64,000 bases of DNA from an uncultured Acidobacteriota bacterium (GTDB lineage Bacteria; Acidobacteriota; Thermoanaerobaculia; Multivoradales; SZUA-115): NCBI GenBank assembly GCA_963805975.1, contig CAWDVR010000002.1, positions 32,001 to 96,000 of the forward strand, read 5' to 3'. Positions 57,724 to 64,000 of this stretch are shown one piece after another. Position 1 is the first letter of the stretch, and each line of letters opens with the position of its first letter. The notes beneath the pieces were generated by a model. It was given only the letters and a program-made list of their open reading frames with translations, ran no database searches and had not been told where the DNA came from. The translations under genes and the position numbers were made by a program.

Positions 57724-58141
57724 GGGGAGCCTCCTCGAGCCGATCCGCGATGAAGGCGGGAATGGGGATCGAGCGCAGGCCCGCCGGATCGTCGAGGATG
57801 CAGCAGACCGCGACCGTGCGGCCGCGGGCGATCGCCTGCTCGCCGCGGTGGAAGGCGAAACGGTAGGTCATGGACTTGGTGCCCTTCCTCTCGACCTCGA
57901 CGTGGATCGCCAGCTCGTCGCCGAAGCGGGCCGGCGAGAGGTACTCGCAGGTGGCCGAGAGCCGCGGCCAGCCGATCAACCGGCCCTCGTGCCGGGTATG
58001 GACGGCGGTGCCAATCGCCTGCAGCAGCTCGTGCTCGGCGGTCTCCATGAAGACGAAGAAACGCGCGAAGTGGACGATGCCGCCCATGTCGGTGTCGGCG
58101 AACTCGACGCGGCGAGTGGTGTGGTGCTCGTGGACTGGCAA
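57713..58141 (-). CDS. Acyl-CoA thioesterase (4HBT hotdog fold)
   Basis: VEFADTDMGGIVHF, PARFGD. Confidence 0.88.
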   Translation of the reverse strand: MPVHEHHTTRRVEFADTDMGGIVHFARFFVFMETAEHELLQAIGTAVHTRHEGRLIGWPRLSATCEYLSPARFGDELAIHVEVERKGTKSMTYRFAFHRGEQAIARGRTVAVCCILDDPAGLRSIPIPAFIADRLEEAPRES

Positions 58142-58174
58142 TCGTGTCTCCGTCGTTGTCTCCGTCCCCGGCGG

Positions 58175-58290
58175 CGGCCGGCACAGGTCCGGCCGCTACG
58201 TTCGGAACCAGGACCCGCTGGCACGGCTCCGGCCGCTACGTTCTCGAGATCAGTCCTCCGGACGTAGCGGCCGGACCTGTGCCGGCCGTT
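58175..58290. repeat. Cluster of three GTAG-type REPs
   Basis: 58175-58200 and 58217-58240 (minus orientation), 58263-58290 (plus orientation). Confidence 0.85.
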
Positions 58291-58478
58291 GGCAGCTCCG
58301 CCCGTTGGAGGGAATTCTACGGAATACCTGGAAGTTCCACAAACTGTTGCATTTGTTGACTTTGTGCCGGTGATGAGTATGGTTTTCTTCTATGAGGTTC
58401 GCCTCGATTGGCTCCTCACTGCATGCCCTGCGCATGCCTAGGATGGCGAGTCGAGGCGCTGTCTCACGGGAGAAAAGC

Positions 58479-59714
58479 ATGCGGATCAAACTCAGCCGAG
58501 CGACCCTCGATAGCGCCAAGCCAGGCGCCCAGCGCTATCTGCTGCGCGACACCCGGACGGTGGGCCTGGCTCTCAAGATCGAACCGTCCGGCACCCGTAC
58601 CTTCGTCTTCGAGTACCGGCTCCAGGGTAAGCCGTCCCAGCGCTACAACATCGGCCGTTATGGTCAGCCGTGGACCCTGGATCAGGCACGGGCCGAGGCG
58701 GGCCGGCTGCGGTCGTTGGTGGACCGTGGTTTGGATCCCCTGGCCGTCCGTCAGCGGGAAGCCTCGTCAGGCCGGAGCCTGACGGAGCTGGCCGCTCTGG
58801 TCATGGCCCAACTCGAAAGGTCCGGGCGCCGCCCTGGGACCCTCTACATCTACCGCCGGATGTTGCGGCTGTTCATCCTTCCCCGGTTCGGCAGGCTTCG
58901 TGTTGAAGATCTCAGTGTCGAGCACGTCGAGCGGATGCACGCAGAGCTAGAACGCACTCCTGTCCAGGCCAATCATGCGCTCGTGGTGCTCGGCCGTTGC
59001 CTGACGATTGCCGAGCGCTGGGGATGGATTCCCCGCGGGTCGAACCCGGTGCGGTGGGTGGAGCGCTATCCGGGGCGGCGGCGTGGGGACAAGAAGGGCG
59101 TGATGTTGACGCCCGAGCAGATGGCGCGGCTCCTGGCGGCGTTCGACGAAGAGGAGCAGAGCGGCGGTGATCCGCTCGCTGTTGCCGCTCTTCGGATCGC
59201 CTTCTGGACGGGCTGGAGAACGAAGAGCGAGGTTCTCCGGCTTCAGTGGTCTGACCTCGACCTCGACCGCAGCCAGGCCCGGTTGGTCGGCACCAAGACG
59301 GCAGACCAGGAGTACAGGGTGCTTCCGGACGAAGCGGCAGCGGTGCTCCGATCGCTTCCGCGGGTCGAGGGGAGCCCCTGGGTGTTCCCCAGCCAGGACC
59401 CGATGCGGCATCGCAGGACTCTACGCCGGGTGTGGTATCGAGCGCGACAGAGAGCCGGGCTCGTGGACCTCGAAGAGCTGGGGTGCTTTCGCCTCCACGA
59501 CCTACGGCACAACATGGTGAGTTGGGACGTCTCTCGAGGCACGAGCTTGAAGATGGCCGGTGCGAGTGTGGGCCACAAGAACCAGAGATCCACCGAGGTC
59601 TATGCGCACTTTCTGCCTTCTCATTTGCTGGCTTCCACCAACGCCCGATCGCAAGCCATGCGCGAGGCTCTGGAAGCGGCCCAGCAGGCGGCTTCAGGCC
59701 CGGAGGAGATGTAG
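58479..59714 (+). CDS. Tyrosine integrase with Arm-DNA-binding N-domain
   Basis: GLALKIEPSG...IGRYG...ARAEA; catalytic R (GWR), K (TKT), HDLRH, GH, Y (TEVYAH). Confidence 0.92.
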   Translation: MRIKLSRATLDSAKPGAQRYLLRDTRTVGLALKIEPSGTRTFVFEYRLQGKPSQRYNIGRYGQPWTLDQARAEAGRLRSLVDRGLDPLAVRQREASSGRSLTELAALVMAQLERSGRRPGTLYIYRRMLRLFILPRFGRLRVEDLSVEHVERMHAELERTPVQANHALVVLGRCLTIAERWGWIPRGSNPVRWVERYPGRRRGDKKGVMLTPEQMARLLAAFDEEEQSGGDPLAVAALRIAFWTGWRTKSEVLRLQWSDLDLDRSQARLVGTKTADQEYRVLPDEAAAVLRSLPRVEGSPWVFPSQDPMRHRRTLRRVWYRARQRAGLVDLEELGCFRLHDLRHNMVSWDVSRGTSLKMAGASVGHKNQRSTEVYAHFLPSHLLASTNARSQAMREALEAAQQAASGPEEM

Positions 59715-59879
59715 AGATGCCAAGCGCGAGGGACGAGCCTCTGAGGCCCGAGGGCCGCCCAGGGGGCGGTCGCGGTGTTGGCAACCCCGCGGCCACCAGG
59801 CCGCACCAAAAAACCAAGCGGGCCGACCGAGCGCTAACGACACCCGGCCGACCCTAGCCGACCATGGAGCCGGAACCCC

Positions 59880-60317
59880 ATGACCGACCGAGAGCAGTCT
59901 ACCGCTGCCGCAGTACCTCTACCCGATCCCCCTCCACCCCCCGAGGAGCCCGCCTCGCCGCCTTCGCCCTTGGATGCCTGGGAGGAGCTACAGCCCATTC
60001 GGGAGACGTTCCTCCACCACGTGGGCCACGCTGAGACTCAGCAGGCTCTCCGCGCGATCGGCGATTACTTCTACCAGGCCGTCCTCGAGTGGCGGAACTT
60101 CCCCGACGTGGAGACGCCGCTCATACTGCTGGAGCTCGAAGCCGGGGCCAAGGATGCGCGTTATCTCCAGGGCTTTCTGCACCACACGGTAGCCGACGAC
60201 GGCCGGGGCACCTTGGCCGATGCCCGGTACGAGCGCTGGCTCAAGGTGAAGGCCGAGGAGTGGGCCGACGCCCTCGGCGAGGTCGCCACCGAGATCGAGA
60301 AGGCGGTGGCGGAATGA
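59880..60317 (+). CDS. Hypothetical acidic helical protein
   Basis: 145-aa ORF with GGAG upstream and a terminator-like hairpin downstream. Confidence 0.6.
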   Translation: MTDREQSTAAAVPLPDPPPPPEEPASPPSPLDAWEELQPIRETFLHHVGHAETQQALRAIGDYFYQAVLEWRNFPDVETPLILLELEAGAKDARYLQGFLHHTVADDGRGTLADARYERWLKVKAEEWADALGEVATEIEKAVAE

Positions 60318-60373
60318 AGCCCGCCTGCCGGAGGTCCGAGCGCCTCCAGCGACCCACCTAGAAACACCCCTAC

Positions 60374-60413
60374 GCCGCCCGGGCCTCCAGGAACCAGGAG
60401 GCTCGGCGGCTTT
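60374..60413 (+). terminator. Putative intrinsic terminator
   Basis: GCCGCCCGGGCCTCC...GGAGGCTCGGCGGC-TTT. Confidence 0.55.
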
Positions 60414-60494
60414 CCTCGACCGCACAGTCCCTCGCCTTATCGGAACCACCGAAGCCTGCCGGCCGGAGCGCTGCCGGAGGGGACTAGCAAGCTG

Positions 60495-60743
60495 TGTTTT
60501 CGCTATGCGAAAACCCCCCGCTCGCAAGCTCGCGGGCCGCTTGCCGGGGGAGGCCCCCAGGACCCCCCAGAGGCTCGCTTCGCTCGGGAAGAGCGCCTAT
60601 GGCTGCGGCCTGGTCTCCCCTCCTCCCGAGTCCGCGAGCGGAGTCCAGGGGTGGCCCTTGGCCAGCTAAGGCGAGCTGGCGAGCCGCGTTTTCGGACCAT
60701 GAAAGCCGCGAGCGCCGCGAGGGGTTTTCGTGGGACGAAAACA
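60495..60743. repeat. 249-bp imperfect palindromic element with nested hairpins
   Basis: TG...CA ends; both ends carry GTTTTCG-N5-CGAAAAC; the arms are reverse-complementary. Confidence 0.7.
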
Positions 60744-61000
60744 TTGCTGGCAGAGCGTGGAGCGTCGAAGGCTCCGGGGGGTGGGTCTCAGGCGCGAGGG
60801 TGGCGCCAGCGCATGGGCAATAGGTGGAGCTCGCGCCGCCACCAGGAGGAGCGAGCCAGAGCTGCCGCAGGTCGGATCGAGGGAAGGGAAGCCCAGGTAC
60901 CGTGAGCTGGAAGCGTCTGTCTGCTGTAAGCCACATGCCGGGGATACTTACCCGGGACGGGGTTCGATGCGCCCTGGAGTGCCAAAGCCCGAGCGGCCGC

Positions 61001-63595
61001 TCACTCGGCCGCTTTCGGGAGCGTCTTGAAAGTCAGCCGTTCGAGCGACCAGGTCACGGGCAAGTCCAAGGGTTCGACGCCGCGGCTTGACGAGCCGGTC
61101 TGCGAGAGCAGCTCCTCGAGCAACGTGGTGCCGCGCGGGCCACGCGATCGGACTCCCGGAAACTGCACCACCCAGGGGTTGGGTATGGGTTCCTCGGTGC
61201 TGAGCAGGAAGTAGGTATCAGTGCCGAAAGGCTCACGGATTCGGAATATGTCCCGGGCTCCGACCTGAATCTCGTTGGGCCACCGGCCCGAGGGGGCGGT
61301 AACGATGGGGAAGCGATTCTCGACGCTGCCGAGCGCACCGCGCGGGAACAGCAGGACGCTGTTACCAAAGCTGTCGATGCTGAAGAAATAGAGATAGCGC
61401 GGAGCTCTGGCATAGGCGAGTGCTTGGGCATCGCTTTGCAGCACCAGTCCCAGCTTCTGGCCGGCATAGAGCTCGCCGTCACGGTGAATCTGGCCTGATT
61501 CTCCGCGCAGTGCAAAACGGTAAGGAAACTCGCTGCCCAACGGGGACTCGAGGGTCAGCCAGGCTCGGATCTTGGCGATGCGCAGCGCACTTTCGGTCAG
61601 CGTCTCCGCGCAGTTTTCGTTTTTTTCGTCGCACCAGTTGCTGCGCAGGGGAAGCGCAACCAGCTCCGGATCGGTCGCGCTCGCCTCCGGTCGGAGCCAG
61701 GCGAAGCTCATCTGACCCGCCACCAGGCGACCGACCAACAGATAGTGCGCGTCCGCCGGGTCCGAGACCCGTTCGACAGCGTCGTGCTGGCTGCCCTGCC
61801 CCAGATCGAGATGGCGCGCGAGGTCCGACGAAGAAGGCACGTTGACGAACAGGATTGGCTCTTTCGTTCCTGCCTGGAGCCGCCGCAGGATGTCCTTGCT
61901 CGCGGGCGTCGCGCCCAACGATTCGGGCACCCCGGCAGGATGGGTGAGCCACCATCCATCCTGCTTGCGGTACAGGACGTGCGTGGGCGTGCTCTCGGTC
62001 GGGTCCGTCACCCAGCGCACACCGCTCTTCTCGCTCAAATCGCAGAGCTGCCGAATCCAGGCCATTTGCTGGCTCCAGCTCGGGCCGGCTTCGGGAACCC
62101 ATACCTTCAAGGTGGGCTCGTTGGCAATGACCCAACGCGAGATGGCGACCAGCTCGCCCGCCGCAACCGGCTGCGGAGAGCGTCGCACGGACCTCGTGGC
62201 GACCACCCGCGCCTCGGCCGAAACCGGCCCCAAGACGCGAACCACGCGCAATCGCACGAGCTCCTCGTGGGGCGAAGAGCTCTGGAGATCGAGCTCCACG
62301 CCTTCGCGCAGACCGTGAATCCATCCCCCCTCCAGGATGACCGTGCCATCGGCGGAGGTTTTTTGAACCGCGATCATGCCGACCGACCGGGCCGAAGCCT
62401 GTTCATGGCCGAACAAGGGGCGTCGCTGGCGCTCCAAGGTGCCCGCGAGGACCGGCCGCTGCTGAGTCTCGCTGCCTTGCAGGAGAGCCCAGGCACGTTG
62501 AAACGTGACTTCGGCGCCCTCCCCGGGCAGCCCACGACCGAGCGCACTCAACAGGGCCTGCGAGAAGGCGCCGTGAATCTGTTTTGCCGGGTCTGAGATC
62601 TCGTAGGCCCGTTCGAAGTCCTGGGCCGCCGAGAGAATCAGCGCCCCGCGCTCTTCGGGTTTGCCGCCGGTCGGCGCCGAGTCCACCACACCACGCGTCG
62701 AGGCTGGCAGAAAACGTGGCGTCGCACTGGCCGGAATGCCGCGCGCGATGCTCCCGCTGTGGCAGCTGTCGAACAGGACTGTCAGCTTTGCGCCGGTGTC
62801 CAGGATCTGGTTGAAGAGTCGCGCCAGCTCCTTGTCGCGCAGGTCGTCGGCGCCCAGGTTGGAGTCCGCCGGCACCAGGCTCTCGTCGAGCTTGTCGTCT
62901 TCTTCGGAGGCCCGGTTGGGAACCTGCGACCCGTGGCCAGCATAGAAGAACACCAGCTCGTCGCCGCGCTTGGCAGAAGCCAGGAGGTGCTGCTCCAAGC
63001 CCTCGCGAATGGCCTGCCGCGTCGCAGCGCGATCGGTCAGCAGGAGCACCCCGGCAGCCGGAAAATCGTACTGCCCGATCAGCAGGTCGCGCATCGCTTC
63101 GGCATCGTTCACCGCGCCCCGCAGATTCCGCCAGCGCACTTGCTCTCGCGAGGCGACCGGCAACCCGGAGGTGTAGTCGTTGATGCCGACGATCAACGCC
63201 CGGCGCCTGGGAGCGGATGCGGAACGCCCCTCCGGAGGACGGGGCGCGGGAGCTCCCGTGGCCATGCCGGGCACTGGATCCGGCGTACCGAAAGGCACGG
63301 CACGAGTGCACGAGCGCACCCTCGCCACCGACAGCGCGAGGCCGCGAAGAATGCCGTGCCGCTGCACCGCTTCGCGCGAGTACTCCGAGCACGACGGCCG
63401 ATAACGGCAGCGGACATCTTCAGCCAGCCAAGGCCTGCCCAGCAGCTGATACTTCGCCACCGCCCAGTCGTAGGCTCGAGCCAGCTGCTGGGCCTGGGGT
63501 GGGCGCAGCGCATCGATCACCAAGGCCGTCAAGATCAGCCCGACGGCCAGCAGATAGGGCTCGGGCCTCTTCAGGTATTGCCGCAGTGCGGGCAT
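61001..63595 (-). CDS. YidD(haemolytic)-domain + caspase (peptidase C14) + DUF4384-like fusion
   Basis: TM helix; CRYRPSCSEY...C...DPVP; ALIVGINDY, YAGHG, DSCHSG dyad. Confidence 0.85.
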   Translation of the reverse strand: MPALRQYLKRPEPYLLAVGLILTALVIDALRPPQAQQLARAYDWAVAKYQLLGRPWLAEDVRCRYRPSCSEYSREAVQRHGILRGLALSVARVRSCTRAVPFGTPDPVPGMATGAPAPRPPEGRSASAPRRRALIVGINDYTSGLPVASREQVRWRNLRGAVNDAEAMRDLLIGQYDFPAAGVLLLTDRAATRQAIREGLEQHLLASAKRGDELVFFYAGHGSQVPNRASEEDDKLDESLVPADSNLGADDLRDKELARLFNQILDTGAKLTVLFDSCHSGSIARGIPASATPRFLPASTRGVVDSAPTGGKPEERGALILSAAQDFERAYEISDPAKQIHGAFSQALLSALGRGLPGEGAEVTFQRAWALLQGSETQQRPVLAGTLERQRRPLFGHEQASARSVGMIAVQKTSADGTVILEGGWIHGLREGVELDLQSSSPHEELVRLRVVRVLGPVSAEARVVATRSVRRSPQPVAAGELVAISRWVIANEPTLKVWVPEAGPSWSQQMAWIRQLCDLSEKSGVRWVTDPTESTPTHVLYRKQDGWWLTHPAGVPESLGATPASKDILRRLQAGTKEPILFVNVPSSSDLARHLDLGQGSQHDAVERVSDPADAHYLLVGRLVAGQMSFAWLRPEASATDPELVALPLRSNWCDEKNENCAETLTESALRIAKIRAWLTLESPLGSEFPYRFALRGESGQIHRDGELYAGQKLGLVLQSDAQALAYARAPRYLYFFSIDSFGNSVLLFPRGALGSVENRFPIVTAPSGRWPNEIQVGARDIFRIREPFGTDTYFLLSTEEPIPNPWVVQFPGVRSRGPRGTTLLEELLSQTGSSSRGVEPLDLPVTWSLERLTFKTLPKAAE

Positions 63596-63960
63596 CGTGC
63601 GCTGGCCTCGAGTCGCTGATTGTTGCAGTGAGGGCATCGGATCAAGTTACCCTGTGGGCGCGAGAACAGATAGATCACGAGGCCGATCACGCTGGTCAGC
63701 ATGACCAGCACCATCCACATCACAGCGCTGTCCATGCCGCGCGACTTCGCATCTCTCGCCACCCAGACGAGGAGCGCGATGTTGAGCGCGAAGATTGCGA
63801 TGGGTACGAGGATCAGGGTACCTGTAAATGCGCCACAGGTGCCGCAAGCAGCGCAGGCGACGGCGTCTTCCTGGGGATCGGACGGCTGGAAGGCGAACAG
63901 TGTGGGAGCAAGGCCTAGAAAGGCCAGAGCTGCCGCAACCAGAGCTTTGCGATGGCTCAT
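63571..63960 (-). CDS. Membrane protein with PLDc_N-like helices and C-terminal zinc ribbon
   Basis: Signal peptide, CAACGTC, WVARDAKSRGM...GLVIYL, CPHC...CPHCG. Confidence 0.75.
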   Translation of the reverse strand: MSHRKALVAAALAFLGLAPTLFAFQPSDPQEDAVACAACGTCGAFTGTLILVPIAIFALNIALLVWVARDAKSRGMDSAVMWMVLVMLTSVIGLVIYLFSRPQGNLIRCPHCNNQRLEASARCPHCGNT

Positions 63961-64000
63961 CGGTTTCTCCATGAATTCGTACGGTCGATGGCAGGGCCCC

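Noticed and set aside
58175-58290. Possible mini-CRISPR array
   Set aside because: The repeats are in mixed orientation with short uneven spacers and a GTAG-hairpin structure, and no cas genes are present; these are REPs.
60484-61090. Several short overlapping ORFs
   Set aside because: No RBS, codon bias or motifs; they overlap the palindromic element.
58479-64000. Prophage
   Set aside because: No structural, terminase, replication or repressor genes in the window.

Overview
Very GC-rich bacterial DNA. The gene families and protein C-terminal tags suggest Acidobacteriota, probably Thermoanaerobaculia (inference). In order along the window: secreted proteins with a shared FxDxFESGxTxAWSLTVP tail; a TonB receptor; a split-borosin RiPP pair (SonM-like backbone alpha-N-methyltransferase divergent from a SonA-like precursor with a Cys-flanked core); a Ser/Thr kinase-TPR; a stand-alone dnaE2 carrying in-frame GTAG-REP insertions and a candidate operator; higBA; a glycosyltransferase/Wzm-Wzt locus; a block of about 18 kb (egtBD, frameshifted class D sortase with LPQTA substrate, TonB receptor, DUF2231, metallothionein-like protein, ABC1 kinase, OMP, Fet4-like permease, multi-step phosphorelay and NtrC-type activator) in which six transcription units start with a sigma54 -24/-12 site; vapBC; alkylation-repair genes; an ABC permease; a REP cluster; and a tyrosine-integrase island with a 249-bp nested palindrome and a YidD-caspase fusion. 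I saw no rRNA, tRNA or CRISPR array. All family assignments come from motif recognition by eye; no searches were run.
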